Assembly: GCA_905178155.1 (NCBI GenBank)
Contig: CAJINV010000018.1
Coordinates: 254,479 to 318,478, forward strand
Origin: Amoebophrya sp. A120
Taxonomy: Eukaryota; Protista; Dinoflagellata
Direction: 5' to 3'
DNA length: 64,000 nt
Numbering within the stretch: position 1 is the stretch's first letter; every line of letters begins with the position of its first letter. Below the pieces are notes generated by a model. The model was not told the origin of the DNA. It did no database searches and saw nothing but the letters and a program-made list of their open reading frames with translations. Made by a program: the position numbers and the translations under genes. This document shows, piece after piece, positions 1 through 12,000 of this stretch.

Positions 1-3000
1 CAAGTTTTTCGCCTCATTCGTTAGTTTTCGCATGTCGAGCATGTCGCAAGAAAAAACTGTTTCACTGTAAACTTGTAATGCAGAAAATGTATCTGAGAAG
101 TGTTTGTCTTGCTACACATGCAAGACAGTGGATTTTTGGCTGTGTTTCCCTTAGGAATCTCGCATAGCAAACTTTCTCTCTGGTGTAGAGCAAACTTGTG
201 ATGCAAAACTTGCAAAATCGTTACAGTGAAACACTTTTTTCGTACGATAGAGCAGCTCCCGCATGTAGTTCTGCTCGAGATTCGCAGCCTGGCAGGTCTT
301 GGCCTCCCCGATTTTCAGCAGCATATCCTATGTAAAAACGTCCCCACCCCGCCATAGTCAAAATGGGGAATCGGCTAGACAAATCCACAAGCCTTGGCTG
401 TTTCGCATGACAAATTTGGACGCGTACTGTAGTGCTGTTTGAGCTAGCTCAACAGCATTACAGATCTAGGACCTGCTCATGCTGATTAGAGCATGACAAA
501 TTTCAAAACAGCATGAGAAAACGCTCCTCATTGGGCTCCGCATGAGAAACATTTTAAGTATGCAGATATGCATGACAATTATGGTGTGGGGACGTTTTTA
601 CACAGGATACAGCAACCCAGCGACATACTGCATAACCTGAATCTCATAGGGCGGCGAAATGTCCTTCTTGTGCAAGAGGGGAGAAATTTGCAGTTCCTCA
701 TACGGGCAGCGGAGCGGGTCCTCTGGAGGTTTTGGGACGCCTTCTGGTTCTTCTGGTACTTCTGGTTCTTCAGCGGGGGGAGCAAAATCGTCTTTCTCCA
801 GAATCTGCTTCAAACTCCCGAGCACCGAGCGTTTCGGGCCAGCTAGCTTCTTCACCCGTGCTAAAAACCTCTCCGCGGAAGCGAATTCCGGGCTTTTGTT
901 CACCTCGTCTAGGAATTTGACGAACTCTTTTTGGATTACATCTGTCTGCCACTTCTCGATGCCTTCCTGCTTGTGTTTGGAGACGAACAGATTGTGGCGG
1001 TTCATCCACCGAACCATGATATTATACGTGTCCGAGTCGTATCAACTGCAAATATGTCTGGGTCTGGAAGGATGCAGCTTGTGATGCTGGATTTGGCTTG
1101 TACAATAAATCTGTATTGCATTAACAGTAAAAGAGGTCCAATTTTTGCTATGCGGAGAAGGCATTTCTCATGCGGTATGAGCATCAAAAAGCCCTCGCAG
1201 AATCTCTGGTGCTAGGGCATGCATCACAGACCCTATGGCTCATGCAAAATCTGCATGACAAACTCCTGCATTCTTCCAGACCCAGACATAATATTGCAAT
1301 GCATAAGTCGTCATTGATGGGCGGTAGCAGTTCTCCTCCGAGCTCTTCTGCTTTTTCGATTTTCTTCTCCTTTTTTTCAGTTTTTTCCGGGTCCTTTTTT
1401 TCCAGCATTTTTTTGACCATGGCGACAAGTTTCTCCGCCTGGACTTTTTTGTGATAATACACCCCCTTGTTCTCGTCCACAAAATCGGTCTCGATCGCCC
1501 TCACACCTTCCTGCAGAAGTCTCACAGCCTGCTCCGCACGACCGTCCGGAAGACGATCGTTCTCATTGTTATCTTTCACTATCAAATGCAAATACGTCTG
1601 GGTCTGGAAACTTGTAATGCTAGGGGAGTTAGAATGTGTAGGCCACAAATGATGGCTCAGCATCACAAGTTTCTGAGCTTCTAAGTCTTGCCTATTCTGC
1701 ATGACACGCTGCGTTTTTGCATCACAGGAAAATAGGGCCTTTGGGTAACGCGCATGACAGACTTAAGAGTCTTGCTAGCCTAGCATGACAAACCTTGCAC
1801 TTTTCCAGACCCAGACATCTTTGCAATCCATATTCGCCTTCGCGAGCCAATTTGCGAGCTTGGCTTCGTAGATCGCGGAGATCGTCTGGTTGATGCGGGT
1901 GATGTATCCCAGAGAAAAAAGCTAGCATGGCATATTTGTAATGCAAAAATAAACACACAAAGACAAAAAAATTTGTCATGGGCGGCCCCATAGCATCCTG
2001 TTTAGGATATGCAAGACAGATTTTTTGTGTATTTATTTTTGCACTACAAATACGACCGGCCTGCTTTTTTCTGTGTGATATGATGATCTCGTGTTCTAAC
2101 CTGTCCAGCTCGGTGGTTTCTGACGTTTCGTACTTGAAAGTCAATCTCTTCTCCCATAAGTGCATCGCTTTCCGCATCACTTCCTGCAGTTTGGCCAACG
2201 CTTTCTCCCCGTTCTTCTCTGCAAATTCCTTCCTCTGCTTCAGCAAAGTCGTCACCCTTTGCTCGATCCAGCTTTGCAAGTTTATCGGAAGTTTTTCGTT
2301 ATTCACATTCGGGTTTTGCATAATTTTTTTCACCAGCTTGCTGTTCTCCACCTTCGGATACCCGTCGCTTCCCTTCTCCGGCTTCAGCCATTCGTTGATT
2401 CGTTTTTGCTCGCCGGTGATTTTGTGAATCAAGGTCCAGATGTATTGCAGTGAAAAGTGCCCCCCACCCCTGAAATTGCAAAATTTGTGATGCGAAGTTT
2501 CCAGATGAAAACTTTGTTTCTGTCATGCATGGAAGGAGTATGGATCTTTCTGATGCAGAGTCTAGGCGTGTATCGCATCGCTTGCATGACAAGCGCCGCT
2601 CGTGCTGGGGCCTTTTGCAATACAAATTTTTGCTACTCACGATTGGAAACCTGTGATGCTGATAGATGAAAGAGGGCGAATGTTTCATTTGGAAAGGTTT
2701 GCAATACAAATGCGTTCACGTTCGGGAGTGGGGGCATTTTTCATTGTAATAAGATGTTCCGGAGCAGCCCCGGTTCTTTTTCTTTGCCCAAGAAGTGGGC
2801 GGCGAAGAATTCTTCGACAGCTAGTTTCTTGTCGATGCCGCGGAGGAACATCGACTGAATTTCGTTCAATTGCTTCACAAATTTGTTCGTCTCACTGATC
2901 CACTATCCCACAGAAAAAGACAGGCGGGGCATATAGTTTGTAATGCAAAAATCCACTAACAAAAACATCTGTCATAGTGGTCAAACCCATAGCGACGAGC

Positions 3001-6000
3001 TGTTTAGGATATGCAAAAATGCAGGTCTTTTTGTTAAATTCATTTTCGCATGTAATACAAATTATATGCCCTGCCTGCTGTCTTCTTCAGTGGGATATCC
3101 ACTCGTCGTCATTCAAGCCGAATGCTGTCTCCCACTTGTCCTCCTTCACCGTGTCATCCTTCATCGGCGTATTTAAAATTTCCTTCGCGGTAGCGGGAGA
3201 GAACTTCATGTATTGGTCAATCTCCTTTGTCCGCATAATGGTAGAAGTTGTTGTACTCCCTTGTTGCTGTTCTTCCAAAATACTCTCCGGAACCTTCTCA
3301 ACCTCCCCGTTTTCAGTAGGTTCAAAATTCGCGGAGAGTTCGACCAATTCCGAGTCCTTAATCGCGTCGGCCGCGGCAATTTCCAACAATTGCATCTTGC
3401 GTTGCAACACTTGGTGCGGCGTTTTGTTCATGCCAACGCAGGTCGTTTCGTAGAACTTCTTGTAGTGCTGCCTTAGCGAGAGAGCGATCTGCGACAATTG
3501 CTTCTCGTTGGTGATTCGCTCGATTAACCGTGGAATCACCGCTGCGAGTCGGTTTTCGTAGTTATCGCCAGTCGATTCGGAGACTTCCAGCTTCAAATCG
3601 GCGAGGACTTCCTGGGGAATGTTGTCGATTTTCTCGAGGATTTCGCTGACCGTCGGGAGTTTCCCCGTCAAGGAAGAGCCCGGATTGGTCTTCTTGCTCG
3701 CGGCTTGCAAAACCATAAACAAATTCTTCGGCGCCGATGGACTTGTTACACTTCCCCCGAGCACCGGGAACTTCTCCGCTTCACAGTTCGGGTATGACAG
3801 TGCACAACTCCCCCTCCCCTTCATTTGTATAGCACGAACGGCAATACAAGCATCAGCAAGAATGCCGGTTTTGCATGACAAATTTGCACTGGAGTTTAGT
3901 GCTATTTGGGCTACCAGAACTTGTCATGCAAACAGTGCCACAGGGCAAAGGGTGGACTTGGCATTTTGCATGACAAATGAGGCGGAGGTGGAGTTGTGCA
4001 CTGTCATATCGGGTCGAGGTCGTCACAAGTATTACGGGACGAGGAGCTAGACTGTGTGCGGTACAACTTCCTCGCACCGGCGGAGGAGCTACCACTACCA
4101 CCAGCACTTTTCCCCACTACGGCGAATCTGGAGGAGACAGTCAGTTCCTGAATCCGCAACGCGATCTCCTTTCTCAATTCCATCTTTCTCTTCGCAGTCG
4201 CCAGAGGAACCCGAGCGTTGATAATCTCCTCCGTCGGACACTTGCTGTCTAGCATCTTCAACCCGCGCTGCACCAACGGGTGGTGAGAGATCCGGTCGAA
4301 CTCCGAATCCAGCCACTTACCCGCGGAAGCGATCAGCGGCCGTTTGTCCGTGCTTCCGGGCAACAAGCGCCTGGATTTCGGGTTTTTCGTGCCAAAAGCC
4401 GCCACGAAAATTTGCCGGAGCTTCTTGCAGGTGAGATCTTTGCCTTTCGGGATCTCCTCGAATTCCGCTCGGTCGGTTTTCCAAGTGTCTGCGGTGTTGA
4501 GCAAGACCTGTTTCGCATCGTGCCACGCTCGCGCGGATTGGTAGAATTGCTTGCTGAGGATCAAGGAGGTGGAAGCGAGGTTAGTTCGGGCCTCTTTGTC
4601 TACCAGGTTCACAATGTTGTCTACGATCCAGTTCGGGTGGCTTCCCCTGGTCTTCATCGCAGTCACATCGAGCACCTGGTCGAAGAGGTCGCTCCAAGCC
4701 ATCGCGCTTTTCTTCTTCCTTCCTTGGTCCAGCAACTTCTTGTGCGTTTCAAACGCTGGCAGTAGTGGTTTCGTACACTTCTGCAACTTCTCTCCTGCTA
4801 GTTGTTCGTATTTGTCTGTATTCGGATTTTTCTTCGCGTTTTCTTCCGCGTGTTCTCTCAGCGTGTCCCACACCGGAGCCATTTTCAGAATGTGCTCCTT
4901 GGCGATAGGATCTTCGACCGTGTTCGCGGTTTCTTGGCTGTCAGAGGGCGTGAGAAAAATGTTCAGCAAGGACTCCTATCAAATGTAAAAATGTCTGGGT
5001 CTGGAAACTTGTGATGTTTGGCGGCGTCTCATGATGAGGCCACAAGTGCTGGCTCAGCATGACAAGTTTCTGAACTTCTAGGCGTTCTTGCCTATTCTGC
5101 ATGACAAACTGCGTTTCCGCATCACAGAAAAATGGAGCTCTTGGGTAACGTGCATGACAGATTTAAGAGTCATGCCAGACAAGCATGACAAACATGCATT
5201 CTTCCAGACCCAGACATTTTTGCAGTTGATAACTCTACCAGATGGGGTGGCACCTCCGTGCTTTCGTTCTGCTCTTGCAACTCCCACCACCTGAACAGTA
5301 TCCCAGAGAAAACAGCTGGCAGGGAATATTTGTAATGCAAGAATAAATACACAAAGAAATCTGTAATGCATATTCGAAGCAGCATGCTATGGGGCCACCC
5401 ATGACAAATTTTTGTGTGTATTTCTTTTTGCATTCCAAATATGCCCTGCCAGTTTTTTTCTGTGTGATAAACAGCAGCTGATACCACAGCAAAATCCGGC
5501 TGTAGAAGCTCTTCGGATCGTCAAAGGCGTTATCCTTCAACGTAATTTTCGCCTTTTCCTTGTCATCTTTCTTCACATACGGGTTGCAATCCAGCTTCAC
5601 TAAAGCGTTCGCCGGTCGGTCGTTTCCCCCCGTTTCCTCGATGAGCTTCAACCCCGGGCTGTAAAACGTGAATGCGTCGGAAGATTTGTCACCGACTCTG
5701 TTCAGTTTCTTCGTCGCACCGCTATGGATTGCAAATATGTCTGGGTCTCGAAGAGCGGAACCTGTAATGCTGTCTGCGGATTCTAAAAATATCTGTGTTG
5801 CATGAGCAGCAAGAGGAGTCAGTTCTTGGCACGCGGAGAGGGCATTTCTGATGCGTAATTGGCATCAACAAGCTCTCAAAAATTCTGGGATGCTAGAACC
5901 AGCATCACAGACAGCACGGGTCATGCAAAATGTGCATGGCAAGTCCCGGCTCTTCCAGACCCAGACATTTTTGCAATCCATAACCGTCCTTCCACAATAA

Positions 6001-9000
6001 GAACCCAACACGATCGGCACCGCGATTCTCCATCATCCTGAGTAAAAATGTCCCCGCACCAGAGTCAAGATGGGGATTTTGCAACACAAACCCTAAAGTT
6101 TTGGGGGCCACGCATGACAAGTTCTTGCAGGCTGTAGTGTAATGCAGTTTAGCAATGCAAGCCGCATAACAAATCCATCTTCTTATCCTGTTCACCGCAT
6201 TACAAGTTCCAAAGCACCACGATGGGAAATGCCTCTCATGGGGATGCGCGCTACAAATGCTCTTGTGCTTGCAGATCTGCATGACAACTCTGGGCTGGGG
6301 ACGTTTTTGCTCAGGATATCTATCGGTGCGTCGTCTTTTGGCCCCGCATTTTCATCGTCTCCGTCCTTCTTCTTTTTCTTGCTCTCACTCTTCTTGGATG
6401 GAATTTCATACAGCCGCGGCTTGTTTTGCTCATACTGCGTGCCCGGAATCGCCGAGACGACAATGAGATGGATTGCAAAAGTACCGCACTCGTATAAACG
6501 CATATACAAATTTCCTCAGCATGAGAGATAAAATTTGTAATGCGGATTTGCCTTGAGAAAAAGATTTGTAATGCATGATTGCAATACGAGAAATACGATA
6601 CTTTTGCAATGCATAAATGAAGCTGTCCTGTCGGTTCTTATCGGCGGTGGCAAGTAATTCCTCGCAAATCGCTTCCTTTGGGTCCTTGATATTCGCGGGT
6701 AGGTCGATGCGCTCGATTATCCTATGTAAAAACGTCCCCACCCCAGATGGGAAATCTGCTAGACAAATCAACCAGCTTTGGTTGCTGCGCATGACAAGTC
6801 TGGCTTCGTAGTGTAATCCTGTTTAGCTAGCTCCATCAGCATCACAGATCTAGCGTATCGCGCTGATTCGAGCATCACAAATTCCAGAACACGACTAGAA
6901 AATGCTTGTCATGGGGCTCCGCATGAGAAGAATTTTTAGCATGCGAACATGCATGACAGCAACGGGGTGGAGACGCTTTCACATAGGATATCGATGTTCA
7001 GCTTTAACTGATTGTTGTCAGAGGTTTTGTCAACATGATCCGAGTGCTGAAACAATCCAGCACCAGCACCACTCTTACTACCACCAGAACTTTTACCCGC
7101 ATGATCACTACCAGATCCCTGTCCGATTTTCATGGACCACACGGAAAGCAGATCCGCGGCAGAGACCTGCAATTCTGCGTTCGAAAGGTTTCCAAAATCC
7201 TTCTCGTTGTTCACACGTTGGTTCATGACGAACCCGGTCGTGTGGGCGAAGGAATATTGGTCTTGCTTCTTCTGTTCATCAAGAAACGTGTTCTTCCCAG
7301 AAATACCGGCATAGTTGTGCAAAAACTTCAACTATGAACTGCAAAAGTATGGTATCGTATTCGTATAAATGCATTACAAATTTCTTCAGCATGAGAAATA
7401 AAATTTGTAATGCGGATTTACCTTAAGAAAAAGTTTTGTAATGCATGATTGCAATTACTACGACTACGATACTTTTGCACAGGATATCAACACCATGTCG
7501 GATCCCACGCGCAGCGTACCGAGGTCGGAGACCGTGCCCGCTGTTCTATCAAAAGCAAAAATCCCCCCTCCCCATATCGAAGTGGGAATCTGTGATGCGG
7601 GATTTGCGTACACAAATCGGATTTGTCTTGCAGTAGAGGACTGCAGACAGATACAGAGCCGGACTAGAAGGGGTGTTTTGGCGTAGGCGCCTAGCAAGGC
7701 AGGCATATTTTCCGTAGGCCTTACAGCATTACAAATTGCCTGCAGAACGCGGCGGGGTTTCTGGATTTGCCCTCTAGCAATACAGAAACGATTTGTGGCC
7801 TCAAATCAGCATCACAAATTTTGAGAAGTATCCCGTTTTGGTATGGGGAGGGAGGAATTTTCCTCGCAATATGTTCCAGCATTCGATTGTCCATCCACAT
7901 CGTCCGATCCTTGTCCGGAGTGACCTCCTCCAAGCTCCGACTGTCTTTTCAGCATAATCGACGTAGCCAATTCCTTGAAGTGCTTGTTCTTTGCCCAAAT
8001 TCTTTCCCCGTTCAGAATCAGCTCCAAAAACGCGATTTTTCCGTCCTTCGATTGAAACAGCGGGTCCTCCTGCAACTCCTGAAGAGATTTCTTCAACACC
8101 AGCGGGTCCACCTGCAAGCGCTTTCCCGCTTCGTCGCGCTTTTCATACGCCTATCAAGTGCAAATATTGCTGGGTCTCCTGGAAGACGATTGCAAATTTG
8201 TCATGCTTGGCCGACAAGACAGAAAAGTCTGTCATGCTTGTTGTGCAGCTACAGTGTCACATATTTGTCATGCAAAAAGGCGATTTCTCATGCGATTATC
8301 GCTAGACATAGCCGCTCAGAAACTTGTCATGCGCAGCCACGTAATAGTGCAGGTTGCGCATCATGCGGTTATTAGCATCACAACTTTCCAGACTCAGACA
8401 CATTTGCAATGCATAACGCCGCTTGATCCGCGGCGGAGTGCCCGCGGCCCTCGCGAAGCAAATAGTGCAGCGAGTCTTCCCCGATGAACTCTGGAACGCC
8501 GTTCGTGATTTTAACCGCGTATTTTTCTTCCATACCGCTAGCCAGCTGGTTCAAGTGCGGCGAGGCAGCTGCGTGCAGCTGCCCTGCTGCCTGTCCACCG
8601 GAATGTTGAAGCAGCTCTGCATTCTTTTTCCCGGATTTCGAGAAGAACACCTCCTGTGCGAACATCATGGACCGCATCAGTTGAATGGCGGCTAGCAGCT
8701 GGTTGTTCGTGTCACTCTTCACCTTCGTCCACCAATTAGCCGGGGGGAGGCCGACCAAGCCGGAGTTTGTGTAGGTGAGTTTCACATCGGTGGAACTGTC
8801 TTTTTCAATCGGTTTGTTCGCGTTTCTCCACTTCTCAATTTGGTCGAAAGAAATCCCACCAGTGAAGCCGTCGTCCGCCAAACTGGGGCCGATGTTCACG
8901 TAGCGCAAGCTATCCCCGTGTTCGGACTTCTGCTTTTGCCGTAACAGATGCAGATCGCGATCGAAATCTTCTGCGCTGCCGCCAAACGCCGCTTGAAAAA

Positions 9001-12000
9001 CCTGCTCGTCTCCGTAGAGCTTCTTGACGAGACCGTGCGCCTCCCTCGCGTCCTGGAGCCTTTCCTCGCCGGCGAGTCTGAGCCGGTGGAGGAGAATGGA
9101 GGAGAGCAAGTGGGGCCTTTTCGCGACGACGTCCAGGGCCAGGAGCGAGAGGTTCGCGTACTTCCCTCGGTAATCGTCCATGGCTTTGCCCTTTTCGTGC
9201 TTCTCCAGCTTCTCCTGCAACTGTTTGTGCGAGTTCGTCTGCGAGGCGTTCTGCGCCGCCGTGTGCATGGAGGCTCCCAAGGCGATGCTGGAATCGGACT
9301 TCAGCGCGACGGTGTCTTCAAAAATTTCCAGCAGGTGCGCGAGGGATTCCTTCGACTTGAATAAGGCGGTTCTGAGTTTCAGAATCGGCTTCACGGGCTC
9401 GCTGCTGTTTTCACTCACGAAGTAGTACACGAATTTGTTCTATCAAATGTAAAAGTGTCTGGGTCTGGAAGATGCTGAGACTTGTCATGCATGTTTTGCA
9501 TGACTCAGGATGTCTGTAATGCACGACCTAGCATCACAGATTTTTAGAGGGCTTCCTGATGCCTACTCCGCATGACAAACGCCCTCCCCGCGTAGCACAG
9601 AATCGACTCCTCTTGCTGGTCATGCAATACAGATTTTTTGAGAGTCCAAAGTTAGCATCACAAGTTCCAACCTTCCAGACCCAGACATTTTTGCACTTGA
9701 TATGTTCTTTTTCAGCTCCTCGGTTTCTTCTTCCTTCTTTTTCGGGTCCATTTCCACATCCGCATTGGCATATCCTGTGCAAAAGTATCGCACAACTCGT
9801 ATTGCAATCATCCATTACAAATCTTTTTCTTAAAGGGAAATCCGCATCACAAATTTTATTTCTCATGCTGAGGAAATTTGCAATGCATTTATACGAGAAG
9901 TACCACGATTATACTTTTGCAATTCATATGGCATTCCCCTCCACAAATTTCACGTCCGCACGGTGGATCTCCAGCTCCGAAAACTGGTTGCACAAATCCA
10001 CGTGGTGGGGCAAGATGCTGAAGAACTTGTCAATGGTCGCGGTCTATCAAATGCAAAAGTGTCTGGGTCTGGAAGGATCCGAACTTGTCATGCAGATTTT
10101 ACATGGCCCGTGACGTCTGTGATGTATTCCCTGGCATCACGACAGATTTTCCGAGTGCTTCTTGATGCCTATTTCGCATGATAAATGGCCTCCCCGCGTA
10201 GCAGAAACTGGACTCCTCTTGCTGGTCATGCAATACAGATTTTTCTAGAGTCCGAAGTTAGCATCACAAGTTCCAACTTTCCAGACCCAGACATTTTTAC
10301 ATTTGATACGGTCTCCTCTTCGGATTCGTACGCGGTGAGAACAACCCGGCGAGTCTATCGTATTGAAACACGTTCCCACCCCAGTTTTGTAATGGAAATC
10401 TGCATGCTGAAAATGCTTCTCATGCGAAGCCACACGAGAAGCATTCTCTAGTGGCGTTTTGGGATTTGTCATGCTCCAATCAGCGTGATGTACTAGATCT
10501 GTGATGCTGCTGAGGTAGCTCAAACAGCACTACACTACGGGTCCAAATTTGTCATGCAAAACAGCCAGAACTTGTGGATTTGTCTAGCCGATTCCCCATC
10601 TTGACTATTGGGTGGGGACGTTTTTACGTAGGATAGGGTCACGTCCTTTTTCACGGTGAAATTCTCCTCGGTCACCACTTTCGGGTTATTGCAAGGAAAA
10701 ATCCCCCCTCCCCATACTCGGAACGGAAATTTCTCATGCTGAGTTGAGACCACAAATCTGGTCTGTCTTGCATAGTGGGCAATAAATTGGAGTCATTGGG
10801 AACATTCGACAGCCAATCTGTCATGCGCTTTTGCCTTCTGCAAACCTGTCTGCCATGCCTAACCGCAGGCCTTTTGCATTCCAACGAGGCTTAGAAGATT
10901 CCTCCAAGCGCTTCCTGCATTACAGCGCTGATTTGTGTACAGAAATCCAGCAACAGAAATTTTCTGTTTTGTATGGGCTGGTGGGGCTTTTTTCACTTTG
11001 ATACGGGTTGTACTTGGCGTCAACCGCCCGGCCGGTTAGTAATTTCAGCAATTTCTCCCGGGACTCAAATTTTCCGGGGAGCAGAATCGGCTCCGAAACG
11101 AATTTCCCCCCCTCTTCCCCCACAATCCTGCCCTTCCCGTCTAGCCGGACCAACGATAACGGCGTGATCGTTGTGGCTTGCCCCGGCACCGTTTGAACCA
11201 GCGTTTGTCTCTTCAGCGCGGCATCGTTGTCTTGGTACTTACACAGCCGCTTTCGCGTGAAGAGAAGTTTCCGCACCAGATTTCTCGGGAGCAGAACGCG
11301 CTTCCACTTCGAAACGTCCCCCTGACCGCCGTAGTCATCCAAGTGTGGACCGAGTTTCTTTAACAAGTGGTCAAACAGCAAGTACACGTCCTGCAGCTCC
11401 TGGTGCTTTGGCATCTCCTTCATGGGAAACGGGTTCAACAGTTTTAGGTGCTGGCTGGCACCGGCCAAAACTCGCTCCAAATTCTCCGCTATCAACTGCA
11501 AACATGTCTGGGTCTGGAAGGTTGGAACTTGTGATGCTAACTTTGGACTCTAAAAAACCCTGTATTTCATGACCAGCAAGAGGAGTCTACTTTGTGCTAC
11601 GCGGGGAGGGCATTTTTCATGCGGAGTAGGCATCAGGAAGCCCTCAAAAATCTGTGATGCTAGGTCATGCATTACAGGCATCATGGATCATGAGAAATAT
11701 GCATGACAAACCTGGCAATCTTCCAGATCCAGACACTTTTACATTTGATATCCGCCTCCAGCTTTGCCTCCGCCTGCGTTTTCGGCACGCCGGAAGTGTT
11801 GGCCGAGGAAATCGACTGCTCGGACGACCCACCGAGGCCTAAAGCGTTCACGCTAGCGGAAGTCGCGTCCAACAATCCTTTGCTGGCGAGTTCCAAGTGA
11901 GACAAATGAACCGTAGTTTCGTCGTTCAGTGACTGCTTGTACGCACTTAAGGACTTCTCCACCCGTTCCAACTCGCCGATCTGGCTCGCGTCGAGGATGT

